Below, piece by piece: positions 1-12,600 of a stretch of 64,000 bases of DNA. How positions within the stretch are numbered: position 1 is the first letter of the stretch; each line of letters starts with the position of its first letter. Origin of the DNA: Azolla caroliniana (Eukaryota > Plantae > Polypodiophyta); contig JBHGNT010000015.1 in the NCBI GenBank assembly GCA_043228905.1, forward strand, positions 1,860,001 to 1,924,000, read 5' to 3'. Under the pieces are notes generated by a model. The model was not told the DNA's origin, did no database searches, and was given only the letters and a program-made list of their open reading frames with translations. Made by a program: the position numbers and the translations under genes.

Positions 1-2
1 AT

Positions 3-446
3 GAGGTTAATTTTATTTGCACAATAGACGCTTGCATTGGGATAGGAGCACTCAACAAGGGTCGGGAAATCCATGTTGAGTTGGTAAAGTTTGGGTTGGA
101 AGGGAGCCCTATGATTGGGGCCACATTATTGCACATGTATGGGAAACATGGTTCTCTCGTGGAAGCTGAGAATGTATTTAACAAATTGGCCATAAAGGAT
201 GTAGTTACGTGGACAACATTGATGTTTGCATATGTAAAGAATGAGCTTGGTGATGATGCATTGTGGTGCTTTGAGCAAATGCAAATGGGGGGCATATGTC
301 CAAATGCCATTGCCTTCTTCGTTGGCTTGAAAGCTTGCGTTAGCACAGGATCCATGGATAAGGCTCAGGAAATACATACTCTAGCTGTCAAGCAAGGAAT
401 GGATATGGATCTGGTTTTTGGCGATTACATAATGAATGTACATTAA
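3..446 (+). CDS. PLS-class pentatricopeptide repeat protein, 3' end (5' part outside window)
   Basis: Frame is open from the window start: EVNFICTIDACIGIGALNKGREIH...ATLLHMYGKHGSLVEAENVFNKLAIKDVVTWTTLMFAY...CPNAIAFFVGLKAC...AQEIH. These are typical L/S/P PPR motifs. Stop TAA at 444-446; no E/DYW domain visible. Confidence 0.85.
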   Translation, partial: EVNFICTIDACIGIGALNKGREIHVELVKFGLEGSPMIGATLLHMYGKHGSLVEAENVFNKLAIKDVVTWTTLMFAYVKNELGDDALWCFEQMQMGGICPNAIAFFVGLKACVSTGSMDKAQEIHTLAVKQGMDMDLVFGDYIMNVH

Positions 447-2162
447 ACCCTTAAATGCAAACGTTAACCCTAAAACTGGAAATCTTAAATGTGAAACCAC
501 AAAAGAAAGGAATCAAGGTGGGCCATAATGATGTTTAGTATGGACGAGAATGTTGCTTTTGTGCCTTCCAGTTATGGGTTGAATCTTCACTAGGAACATC
601 ATGTACATTTGTGTTCAAGAACTAATCAAGGGAAAATTTCCCATATACACTGGAGAATTCCCTCACTTGTATGTTGATTTAGGAGGACTAATTGCAATCA
701 AACTCTGTTCTGTGTTGCTCATGATCATTCTTGAGCGTGGTATAGCTATGCCTTGGTTTTCATGGCTAATCTGTGGAATGGATATCTCCTCTTTGTGAGC
801 ATTTGCAGGTGTGGATATAAAAACCATATTCATTTTTGCGTAGTACGCAAATGTGCAACAGATGAAAATATAAGAATGAAACCAGCGAAAAACGTTTAAC
901 ATTACTTCCAGAAATCATCAGGCCTTTGAATGTGTCCCATTTTGAGACAAATGGGATAAAGGAAAAAACCAATCTATTTTCTAATTTCAGTGATTTATTC
1001 ATTTGAATATTCATTATTACTGGGATGCAATATTCAGAAAAGAAGCATCGATAGAATTTCTTGTCTGGAACCTAATCCCATGCATCACTTCTATAGTGGT
1101 AAGTCTCTCTCTACCTGAATTTAACAACCTTAACTAAATTTAAGCTACACTCTCTACCCCTTACCCTAATTGCAAGCTTTCCATTTGACAAAGCTCCACA
1201 AAGTTTCTATTCCAGCTACCTCACATGTATGGCCATATATTTCTGAAATGAAACATTTATGGTGACTACATATCACTGTCAACATACAGGAGTTGGACTT
1301 AGTTTACTGATAATACAAACACTCTTTAACTCAATCATCTTCAAGCCTAAAATCTTCCCAAATTTAAGCTTTCAAGAAATCTTGGGAGACATTACATTTA
1401 CAACAAACAAGTTCAATGTATAGTCTTCTTAACAGTTTGAACTGTCAAACCCAGGCCAATTATATTTATGATAGTTTAAATTGAAAACTAAGTGATTTGA
1501 CAATAAATCTAAATATCTTTCTCTACGTGACAAATATCCCCTTTCATGAGCATTCTTCTACGAGAGAATTTATCAGAGTTTTCCTGTGGTACATAAAACT
1601 ACAGAACTTATTACTGCAAGCTTCAAGCTTGTAAATAATTAGAGTTCCCAGTAAAGAGAGCATCCATGTGATTTTTTCTTTCGTTACATAAAACCACAGA
1701 ACCTAATGCTTTAACATAAACAGGTTTTGAAACCATGCTTTCCCTCCAAAGCTACCCCATTGAGGTCATTATAATATAGAGCGACGTGAGGATAATTTTT
1801 TGCCAAACTCCAAAATACATAACCCATGTAACTCACTCATAGATCTATGTCCAGGAATCAAACCTTACCTCCCAACTTAACCTGTTCTTCCCACAGGTGT
1901 TTACAGCATCCTGTTTGCATAAAAATTGTGAAAAAATATAAGAAATGTTTGGTCTAATTATATGATTATGTAAGAAAAATATGCCAGCATCTGTGTTATG
2001 GTAAGGTGTTCAGTACATAAATAAACAGTGATAATTTTGACATTAATATATAGATGTTTTGGGAACACACTGCAGCGGCTATATCATTCCCAAGTCCACA
2101 AATAATTCTTGCAATTTCAAATTTGGCATTGCCCTGTAAAGAGTTGCACTTTGTTGTAAAAT

Positions 2163-5100
2163 CTAATCAAAAAGCTCCCAATTTGTACTGACATTTGATG
2201 ATCTCGATGGGGGAGGTGCTGAGAGGCTGCCAACACCTGAGTTGAATGTTTGCCATTTAGTTACCACAACAGTATTGTTACGAAGGGGATTACTGTTCTG
2301 CACCTTCAACTGATCAACCCTGTCACTTAAACCTTGAACCCTCCGTACCTGCGTATAACTACCACATTGTCAAAATACTTCATGAAAGATCAATGCAGAG
2401 AGCATCAACAACAGTGCAAATTGTACGGCATTGTACTACAAGAACATTGAAGATCCTGCCCCATTAACTTTCTTCCTCTCACAGGCAAGTTCAGACTCTA
2501 GTGAAAGTTAATCTCTCTCTCTCTCTCAGATGATAAGCTGGAACTTAGTCTGCAGCATATCTATGCTGCCCCTCTTGAACTCTATCACTAAATGGATCAT
2601 CTCCCACCATAACTCAATAAGTGACTTGTAGGATTATTGGCACCTTATCTATTAGGATACCAAGCTTGGAAGATTCAAGATACTATTATCTTCTAGATAT
2701 GTGTAATTCATTGTTTATTTTATAGAGAAGCTTCAGGAATGTTCTAGGAAGGAGTGGAGAAACTTATATACCTAGTCGCATTTACACCTAATAACAATAG
2801 CCAAGCGTGAAAGGCTTCAATAGTCTATTTTTTGAGGGAAGGTAGCACTAATCGGAGAAGAACTTTACTAGTGGCATCCCATAAACTTTGAAATGTGTAC
2901 CATCAATATAATGGGTTGGTTACTTTTACATGTTGACCATTGATACAAGGAAATGAGCAAGTGATAAAGTGAATGGAACCCTAAGGGTTCCCCAAGCTAC
3001 AAGACCACCTAGGAACATAAATCTGATGAACCTCTTAACAATAGGCACCATGACTCCCTCCAAGAACTAAGTATTGGAATTGTAGGACTATGTCCCATAC
3101 CACCCAAACTTACTACCTAAGCGTGATCTCATTATATCCTTTCCCCATAGGTGATCTGCTATCTCACTATTTTGCTGGTGGTAATCATATCAACAAATGA
3201 GACTAGAAAGACTACTTCCATAGGAAAGCATCAAGGGATAGATTTCCACCTCTGTTTTACAGACACATGGTCTGTTAGCAAAAGTTTTAAAAAAAGGTTC
3301 TCAATGTTCCATTACAATGATTTGTAACCCAGAATTCAGAATAAAAAGTCTATACTGCATCCATAATAAAAAAAACCATCACCAAGAATCCACAAAAATG
3401 AACCCATACACCAAAAACAATGATCCAGTGCCTAAGACGGATTCTTGGTCAAGTTAATCACCTTTAAACTCTTTGTTCTACAATGTGGATTTATCAACTT
3501 CATACTTCATCAGTAATGTATAGATCACACTTCCTTCATAAAGCCACTTACTTCAATTTTCCTCTGCACTTTTGCTTCTCCTTCTGCTTCTACAGTGTCC
3601 AACTTTAGAAGCTCCCTCATCAATAATTCTGATAGCATTGTAAACTGACTGTCTACAACCTTAGTTCCACCATTCACTGTCATCTCCAATGAGCTGACCT
3701 ATGCAATACAAAAGAAACAAGTATTAGATCCATAACCGAAGCACATGTATGTTATATGATTCCAACTTCATTTCATATCAGTGTTCAGGAAAGTTTTCTT
3801 TACAATTTGGTGCCAGTTTGCTTTAATGCATAAAATCATCAGAATTTATGAACAAAACACAAATATATACAAACATGTATGTTTCTATCAGATTTTGTTC
3901 CCTTTCTAAACTATCCACAATGCAAAGTTCATCGTGCATCTTTAGTGAATGAGAGCAATGTTTTCACCCGACACTATATGGTATGAATTAGCCTTTGACC
4001 AAATCGATTGGCATTGCGCTTTAAAGGAATGAATTATAGTTTTCATGGAACAATAAGCAACATTTCATTTAAAGGAATGAATTATCGTTATAATGGAATG
4101 ATTAGCGACATTTCTATTTAAAGGAATGACTTATCATTTAAATTAATCAATTACCATTTGATTTAAATGAATGTGTTATCTTATACAAGGTTCATCACTT
4201 TACCTGTGATGCAAGCTTATCTATCACTTCTCTTATAGTTGATACTGCTTGACAAGCTCTCGATATTCTCTCATTTCCTTTCATTTCCTCCCATTTTTTC
4301 TCTTTGCTGGCAGGATCCTCTACCAAAGTGATCCTCGACTTATCATCAACACCAGCTATATGCAAGAAATCTGAATCTTCCCTCTCTTTTCCACGGAAAA
4401 GAAGCCTTTGTTCTCTAGGACGTAGTCCAGTTAAAGGTGCTAGAATCCCCTTCAGTTCACCTACATACAATCCGAAATAAAGAAAAATGTTAAACGAAAA
4501 CAAAAAAATAATTTGAACAATTACGTAAATGAAAGTCGAAATTTAAGAATATTGTTAAATAGACATAAAGATTAGAGACAAAATGTGGCAAATGTAAGGA
4601 TGATTGAGAGTAAGCTAGACATAACGATAAGATATCAATCACATAAAGTGGCATTGGATGGTTGTTAAACATAGCAATTACACACAAAAGAGAACAAATT
4701 TATGATGATTGATAAGAGATTAAGAATTAGAGACGAGAATGGAAATTTAACATGAAATTTAGCCAAAAAAAAGGTAAATTTGTGGGTCATTGCAAAACAT
4801 AGCGATCAGATAATCACGAAATAAACTTATGAAAGAAATAACCCAAACAGGGAAAACAGATTTGAAAGATTCAGGATGATTATTAGAAACAATGATTAAA
4901 TTGTGAAAGGAAATTAGGATCAAATCTTTTATTTTATTTTATTTTATTAAAAGCACAGAATGAAACAAACAATATTAAGGGAGGTTTAAAAATGGAGAAG
5001 TGTGTAGAGAGATGGCAGAAAGGAAAGGAAAGGAAAGAAAAGAATAAGGGAGGGATGCTGACCGAGGATTAGGGTTTACCAAATGTAGCTTCAGAGGGGA

Positions 5101-5359
5101 TGGCAACATCATGCTGGCGTTGTCCATAGGAGACCTTGAGGGAAAGCAAAGGAGCCTCCGCCGATGGGTTGAAAGAACGATTCAGAGCAGAAGAAGAAGA
5201 AGAAGAAGAAGACGAGGAGGAAGGAAAAGAAGGAGGGGGAGGATCCGATCGTTTCTGGACGAGCATGCCACCAGGTCTGAGCTCCCACTCATGCGCACTA
5301 TGGGAATGATGATCAGATCCAGGAGAAGAAGGTCGTCGCAAGCCCCTCGCATTATTCAT
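2163..5359 (-). CDS. BAG4: BAG family co-chaperone (ubiquitin-like + BAG domain), BAG4-like; exons 5359-5080, 4460-4204, 3698-3552, 2348-2163
   Basis: All three introns are GT..AG and the joined CDS is 870 nt (289 aa + stop). Motifs: EWELRPGGMLVQKR; UBL TFGELKGILAPLTGLRPREQRLLFRGKERE; BAG LSELLMRELLKLDTVEAEGEAKVQRKIEVRRVQ; C-terminus TKWQTFNSGVGSLSAPPP...NWELFD resembling Arabidopsis BAG4. Confidence 0.92.
4020..4175. repeat. ~49-bp degenerate tandem repeat in BAG4 intron 2
   Basis: TTTAAAGGAATGA(A/C)TTAT recurs three times plus a degenerate fourth copy. Confidence 0.7.
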
Positions 5360-5530
5360 CTCTGTCTGTTTGACGCTCTGTCTCTGTCTGTCTGTCTGTC
5401 TGTCTGTCTCTCGAGAGCCTGCTCTGTCTATGGCTCGATAGATACAGATCTCTGTCTCTGTCTCTGTCTCTGTCTTTGTGTGCAGAGGCCGAGCCAGAGA
5501 AAGAAGAGAGAGAAAGAAGAGAGAGAGAAT
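5360..5530. repeat. (TCTG)n/(TCTCTG)n/(GA)n microsatellites immediately upstream of the BAG4 ATG (probable 5' UTR)
   Basis: Directly visible simple repeats. Confidence 0.8.
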
Positions 5531-5571
5531 GACCGGTCTTATCCAATTGGCCTGACTTGGCAGGAGCCCTG

Positions 5572-5815
5572 ACGTGGCGCACTCTGATTGGGCAGCCCAC
5601 TTCTGGGCAGGACAAAGCTTACGTGGCGAAAGGCCATTGGCTCTGAGGAACCCGAGGCCTGACACACACGTGCTCGCTCACCCCCTTTGCCTCGTAAAGA
5701 CGGCCGGCCGGCCCATCCACTACTGCCTGCAGCCCTGGAGGCTATATCCGTTGTCGGACTGGCCTGGTGGCACGCGAGAGATCTGTTGGGTTCCCCTCAA
5801 GTCGGTATACGTGTC
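5572..5815. promoter_or_regulatory. Cluster of ABRE/G-box motifs in the BAG4 proximal promoter
   Basis: ACGTGGC at 5572 and 5621, CACGTG at 5667, ACGTGTC at 5809, plus CCAAT/ATTGG boxes, in a GC-rich stretch 0.2-0.45 kb upstream of the ATG. Confidence 0.55.
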
Positions 5816-6458
5816 CACTGCCCAACCTGCCTGTCACTTGCGGACATAACAGACTCGGCTTGGGATAGCACGAAACGGATTCCGGCTGTCGGATCTGTCG
5901 CTCGCGACCGATGAAAGCTGCTCTCAATACAATGGCTTTCATTGAGCTCACGGTTTGATAAGTATGTCGCTTTCCGGTATGTACCACATTTTAAGGTGTC
6001 GTGCTCACATTCGTTAACACGTGAATCAATTCAATCAGTCTTCGAGTTAGAACTTATATGGGAAAAGGCGTCATAAAAAAAAACAAAACTAGCAATAATT
6101 TATCGGTGGCATTCCCTTCTTCACGAAAGAAACCTATTTTCTTACCATTGTTAGAATACTCGGTTTCTTCCCATTTGCTTGCCTTTTGCGCTTCAATCAT
6201 GAACTTTATTCTTTATCCCTCTCGAATGACATTGGCGCTTCCAACAACAATATATTCCGTGAAAAAGCCTAGTATGGCAAAGCATACACTTGTTCGTATA
6301 AACATTCGGAACATGAAAGAAAAAGCCACATATGAACAATATTCTGTAATGGAAAATAAAATGTAATAAATTTGTTTGAGATCAAGTGAATTACTAAATT
6401 TTCTCCTAGAAAATGATTTTGCAACATTCACATTGCCATTCGCTTGACTAAGAATAAC

Positions 6459-6460
<2 letters not shown>

Positions 6461-6490
<30 letters not shown>
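6461..6490. repeat. poly(C) tract, 30 nt
   Basis: Directly visible. Confidence 0.95.
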
Positions 6491-6492
<2 letters not shown>

Positions 6493-8197
6493 GGGAGGTC
6501 TTTGGATAAGGATTATTTGGGAATTGCTGCCGACTTCAAACTTTTCTCGAATGCACAATTACCAATTCCACGACAAACCGATTCTATTGGAAATGGAGAT
6601 CGTTAAAAAGAACATGGAGAGAAAAATAAACATTTGCACTTGGGTACATGTGCGTGCATAAGAGTGTAGGCCCAAGAAAGTAGAAATTAATGTCAATCAA
6701 ATCGTGGGTTGATTGGTGACAACTACGAGAACAGATTGGCACTATAATCAACTTGCTAACTGTTGTCAAAAAGTGATCGTCTTTCTATCTTAACAAATTG
6801 ACATGAGAACCATACTAATTGAAATATGCGCCTTTGTGAATAGGCGCCACAAAAATCAACAAATCAAGTTGAATGGTTGTAATCTAGTCAATGACGAGAT
6901 TTGAGTCTTGTTCATGAATCATGATTAGAAAAATAACATACTAGGTTGTTGTAAGTGGAGTTTTGTGGTATGTGAGTATGCGTGCTCTTTTTGTAAATGC
7001 ATAAAATATCAATATCCTATATCTAATTATTTGAGGACATCAAGATATAGATTCATTGAGATTGACGATATCATAGGATTATGGGAAACAAATATGACAA
7101 AATCAGATGTAGGTTAATGTTTCATCTTTATCAATGTGATTTTTTCAGGGCTATCTAATGAGTAGAAAGAAGTTAATGTTTACATGACCTTCTGCCCTTG
7201 ATTTTAACTTATTGTTTTAAATTATATAGTTCTAGTCAATCATTTGAACCTAGACTTCTTCCAAACCACGTCATTGTGGATCTAGCAAGGGTCTTGGATG
7301 TCCTCTATCAAGCGTGAAAAGGATATGCCACATGTCTTCACACAAAGGCAACAAATAGACAAAATAGCTATAGAGAGTGAAGTGTGTTGATATAGTTAGA
7401 GGCAAATGTAGACACAAGTGTAGATCCTTGGGCAAGGAGGAGATGATCCCAATGAGTTCAATGATCCATTTCCAAGTTTGCTATCAAACCGTCAACAGAG
7501 AATAGATTTGGTCCTTAGCTAAACTTATTGATGTTAAATATTAAACAATTGCTTGAGTTAAGTAAATTGTTTGACGATACCAATGTTGGCCCAAGGTAGC
7601 AATAAGAGAATTATAAAGCTTAAAGAAAAAATAAAGACAAATATATAAATACTCAAATGTTTAAAAAAAAGGTACTAAAGGAAAAAGTATGTATAAGCAA
7701 TTTTCTTCTCCTCCACTTTTGACCTCTCTCTCTTCTATTTATCCGGGAATAGTAAATGCACACAATTATGGTAATAAACGTATGTGAAAAACACTAGTAT
7801 GTACCTCGAATGAGTGGTGTCATCACCACACAAGTAGTGGGACATTCTAGATCACTAATAGGCAAGACAAACAATCCATCAGGGAAATAATTTCAAGTCA
7901 AGCCGCAGGTAATAAGCAATAGAGCGTTGGCGGGAGCAAACGCAGCAGAGCGTGGAGTGGGAGCAGCAGAAAAAGGCGAGCAGGAGCAGGAGTAGGTGCA
8001 CACTGAGGAACACGCGCGCTGTCCAACAGAGCAAGAGGAGGAGCACAACGCCAATTGCTGTCCAGGTACTCTCACACACAATCCTCCCTCCCTCCCCCAA
8101 CCAAAAAACGCAAAGTAACACATTAAAAAAACACAAAACAAAGGGGGAAGGGAAGAACAACACATACAACCTAGGCTCGCAAGACACATAACTCACT

Positions 8198-9667
8198 ATG
8201 ATGGGAGGAATCGAGCTTCCACCAGCGCCCAGTTTGCTTGATGAAGAAGGTGGATCAGATCTCGCCATTACCCTGTCCCCCGAGGCTAACCGTGTCTTAG
8301 CGGAAGAAATTGAACGCCTACGGCGTACCTCATTCGTATGTAGGTTTCTGGTAGGTAGACCAAGTCGGGGCATGGTTCGGGACATGTTTCAGGTGGCTGT
8401 GTTGGAGAACATGCCGGTAATCAAGAGTGTCAGGGGTTTAGGGAAAAACTTCTTCCACATTGAATTAGGTAATGACTCGCTGGCGCAACCATTGGTCGAG
8501 CTCAAGGTACTCGAACTGAAGTACGGCAAGGTGTTGCTCCAACCATGGTCACCAGGGTTCAATCCGATCGAAGAGTTACGGAAACTCAACAACCCTAGGG
8601 TGATCACCGCAACATTTCCTGGCCTCCCTCCACATTTGTACCATCTGCTCCCTCTTTTTGGCGAACAAGTAGGGATGACATACCCTCAAAAAGCGTCAAT
8701 GGCAGACACAGTCGCGGAGGTGCCCAAGTTGCGTATCTTGGTGCCTTCCCTCCATGGACTTCCATCAAGGATTAGACTCTACTCTGAGGAGTTAGGCCTC
8801 ACAGTGGTAAAAGTGGTTTATGAGGGACTCCCGGGGCAGTGTTTCATTTGCAAACAAACAGGACACCTAGCTAAGGAGTGTCCTCGTAAGATTGGAAAGG
8901 GAAGCTCGGGACCACGACCCTCGGGCAAAGTCGGGACAACCAAGGGTGAAGAAGCTCCTTGGCTACCCGTTAAGAAGAAGGGGAAACTTGGAGGCCTAGG
9001 TGCCTCCTCTCCCGCCCTTTTTCATGACCACCCCTTTGAAAGAAGTCCCGCCACCTTGTCACCAGCAAGTGTGGACGAGCAACCCTTGAAACGAGTAAAG
9101 ATCCTCTCTGGGAGTGCCAAGGCACCCGACCTACAGGTGAGAGCTACCAACAGATTTACACTTCTTCAAGGGTTAGGGGATGGCGACCCAGCAGCGTTGG
9201 CATCAATGTTGTCCCCGTGCGACTCCTCACGCCTTCCCCCGCGGGAGCCCGAACTCGTGTTCTCCACCCCGATGGAGATGCAACCCCAACTTGTACCGTC
9301 CACCCCGGAAGAGAAGTTGGCACAACCCCCCCTCCCGTTGGAACGTGAATGTGGTAGTGGCCTCAGATTAGTGAAATCGTGGATCTGGACGGGCAAGCTC
9401 AAGGACAAAGAAAAGGGTAAGATAGGAAGACCAACACCTGGTTTGGCGACGACTTTGTTAGATAGAGGGATGCAAGTTGTGCCACCGCTTCGGAGCACAA
9501 ATGTATCGCGGGAGCTATTTGAAGCGGGTCGGGAACGACCGGCTGAGAATCTTGTAGGGGATTTGCAGCCTGCAGTGGAGACCATACCCCCCGAAACAGG
9601 TGTTAGTTTGCCCCATGACATGGGGATCGGCCCGAACATGGGCGCCAACGTCACCATTTTCGGATGA
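8198..9667 (+). CDS. LINE ORF1 (DUF4283/RRM-like region + CCHC zinc knuckle)
   Basis: 489-aa uninterrupted ORF with CFICKQTGHLAKEC; its TGA overlaps the ORF2 ATG (ATGA, 9664-9667). Confidence 0.88.
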   Translation: MMGGIELPPAPSLLDEEGGSDLAITLSPEANRVLAEEIERLRRTSFVCRFLVGRPSRGMVRDMFQVAVLENMPVIKSVRGLGKNFFHIELGNDSLAQPLVELKVLELKYGKVLLQPWSPGFNPIEELRKLNNPRVITATFPGLPPHLYHLLPLFGEQVGMTYPQKASMADTVAEVPKLRILVPSLHGLPSRIRLYSEELGLTVVKVVYEGLPGQCFICKQTGHLAKECPRKIGKGSSGPRPSGKVGTTKGEEAPWLPVKKKGKLGGLGASSPALFHDHPFERSPATLSPASVDEQPLKRVKILSGSAKAPDLQVRATNRFTLLQGLGDGDPAALASMLSPCDSSRLPPREPELVFSTPMEMQPQLVPSTPEEKLAQPPLPLERECGSGLRLVKSWIWTGKLKDKEKGKIGRPTPGLATTLLDRGMQVVPPLRSTNVSRELFEAGRERPAENLVGDLQPAVETIPPETGVSLPHDMGIGPNMGANVTIFG

Positions 9668-12600
9668 GGATCCTAACGTGGAATGTACAGGGCCTTGGTG
9701 GAGGCCGACAACACCAAGAGTGTAGAAGACTTCAGGAGGAGTTGAATCCCCTTAATATAGGGGGCCATATTGACATATTGCTTTTGCAGGAACACCACCT
9801 CTCGCAAGAGCGAACTCAGAGCTTAGTAAACCCCTTGTCGGGTGGGTGGACCACATGGTGGTCGGCTGCGTAGGGTGACCTCCACCGAAGAGGAGGGGTC
9901 TGCATCTCGATCAGCGATAAGGCCCGATACGAAGTAACATCCTCTGGCACGCTGGTGGAGGGTCGGGCCTTATACGTGCTTCTGAAATGGAATCGCCTAC
10001 AGATTGGGGTGCTAAACATTTATGCCCCTAACTCAGCCCCCGAGAGAGCAATCTTTTGGAGGATGTTAGCGACAACATTACCTAATGTCGAGGCTTGGGT
10101 AATGGCAGGTGATTTCAACATGACTGAGCACATGGGAGATAGGAAAGGAGGGACCCAGAGGCCTATTTATGGTGCGGAGCTGGATTCATGGGCTTTCCTA
10201 ATTGGCAAAATCGGGGTGAAGGATACATGGGGCTCTTCCCTTAGGCGAAGCTCACATTCGCTGCACTTTTCTAGAGCCGTCGGGAATGCTAGGGGCGGTA
10301 GTCTTGCACGGCTAGACCGCATATACATCAGCTCATCCCTCGAAGAGCTCGGGGGCTCCTTTGCTATCTTGGCAAGCCTTACCTTTTCAGATCATCAGCC
10401 GGTGAGACTAGACCTTAACCCACCCAACGATAGCAAGGGCAGTCTCAATGTAAAGATCCCCATAAAGATCATGAAGAGTGAAGAGGTGAAGGCCGGTTTA
10501 CAGAGTATATGGTAGGACACCATGGGCAGTGAATCAGCCAGCGAAGATCTGCAAAAAAAATTGGCCCTCTCCTCCTCCTTTTTACAACAAGAGACCAAGC
10601 GCGCCCTCCAACAGGTTAGAGCCATTGAAACAAAATTAAGGAAGGCCGTTGCGGCAGCGCAACGGCTGTTACAGGTAGACCCTGGTTGCAAATGGTCTAG
10701 AGCTAAACTGGAGGAAGCAAAGATGAAGGTACAGGAAAGGACTTTGGAGAAGAACCGAATGTTGTTTCGAAGAAACGCAGCATGGTGGGCTAGAAAAGAC
10801 GACAAGGTCAACCGACATTTCTTTCACTACAAGGCACCCAAGGGTGGTGGTGGACGTATACACGGGCTGCGAAAACCAGACGGCTCAATAACGGAGGACA
10901 AGACTGAGGTTCTGGAAATGGCAACACAATACTATTGTGACCTCCTCGCACCTATGCATGTGCGGCAAAACTCGGAGCTGGCTGATCGGGTGATGTCTTG
11001 CATTCACCCCAAGGTAACCCAAGAGATGGAAGTTGTGCTCGATAGTCCCATCTCTCGTTTAGAGCTCTCGGAGGCACTTAGGGGATTGCGAAGGGGTGCA
11101 TGCCCCGGTCCCGATGGTCTCTCACGAGATTTCTTCGAGATTCATTGGGAATGTGTTATCCCGTCCTTGGAAGCCGGTTTCCAAGAGATTTGGTCCTCAG
11201 GAAAGATGCCGATTGGTCTGGCTGAGGGGATGATATATCTCATCCCCAAATCCCAAGAGCGAAGCCTAGAGTTGTGCCAATGGCGTCCAATCACGATCCT
11301 TAACACGACATACAAGATACTCGCTAAAGTCCTAGCTCAGCGATTAGCAAGCTTCTTACCGGACATCATACACGACAATCAAACTGGGTTTGTCAAGAAC
11401 AGGTGTATCTTTGATAATGTGTTGCTTCTTTGGGAAGCTATGGCATTGGCCGGTCGCTCCGTATCGAGCTCGGCTATTCTGATGCTAGACTTCGAGAAGG
11501 CCTACGATAGGGTGTTATGGCCCTTTTTGGAAAATGTGATGAGAGCTTTGGGCCTACCTCAAAAATGGAGGAATTGCACTTCTGCACTCTATCGGACAGC
11601 TACGAGTAGCGTGCTGATGGCTGGATCTAGGGGACCCGCCTTCCAACTACAACGCTCAGTGAGGCAAGGTTGTCCCCTAGCCCCATATCTCTATCTCTTT
11701 ATAACCGAGGCTTTCTCCGCCTACTTACAAGCACCAACTAGCGGGTTGCAGGGATTGCCCATCCCCAATGTGACTGAAGATTTGTTGTTATCTGAATATG
11801 CCGACGATACGGTTCTTTTCTTGCAAGGTGATGAGGAGAATTTACAGCGGGTTGAACATCTTGTCGAGGACTTTTGTCAGGCGGCTGGTGCCAAGATCAA
11901 TTGGAATAAAACCCAAGGTCTATGGTTCAGCGAACAGGAGACACCAAGATGGCAACCCCATGCCGATTTTACGTGGGTCCCTAGTGGGACGACTTTCAAG
12001 TACCTTGGATTTACGATGGGGAGGTCAATCCCCAAGGGAGCGCAATTGGCCCACGTACGCGCCAAAATAAGTAAGAAGTTGAACCAGTGGAGTAGATCTA
12101 AATTGTCCTTCGCTGGTAGGGTCCTTGTGGCGAACCAAGTGCTGCTCGCTACCATGTGGCACTCAGTCTCATGCTGGATTATGGACCCTGCAGGTTTGCA
12201 CGCGATTAAGGCTGCCATTAGGGGGTTTATATGGTCAGGTAAGGACAACCCAAGGGCTGCCGCCAGAGTCTCATGGTGTTGGTTAACGCAACCGCGGGCC
12301 AAAGGGGGGCTTGGCCTCATAGACCCCTTAATGCAGAGTCGTGCATTGCTGGCTAAAATGGTGGTTCGCTGCCTCCTACCAGGTAAGGGGTGTTGGAAGG
12401 TACTTCTTCGCAACAGGCTACAAGTAGGGACTCCCAAGTATGGTAGGCCTTGGCCCGACTCCTTGAATTGGTGCTGCACGAGTGGAGTCCCACCCAGGCT
12501 GGCTTGCCATCCGGAGGATAGGGTCACGAACTCCATCTTGCGGGCATGGTGCCATATACGACAACATTTGGTCAAGCACACCCCGGAGACATTGACCGAA

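Noticed and set aside
2680-2940. Possible ancient Gypsy RNase H remnant in BAG4 intron 3 (minus strand HYIDGTHFKVY, HAWLLLL)
   Set aside because: Only a few short motif-like words in broken frames; cannot be supported without a profile search.
5069-5665. 198-aa ORF as a longer BAG4 N-terminus
   Set aside because: It starts at a non-ATG codon and runs through microsatellites and promoter motifs; the ATG at 5359 gives a typical BAG N-terminus.
6461-6490. poly(C)30 as a functional G-quadruplex/i-motif element
   Set aside because: Homopolymer length is unreliable in assemblies and nothing in the context supports a function.
6000-7850. Short ORFs or possible DNA-transposon remnants between BAG4 and LINE-1
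   Set aside because: No recognisable domains, terminal repeats or TSDs.
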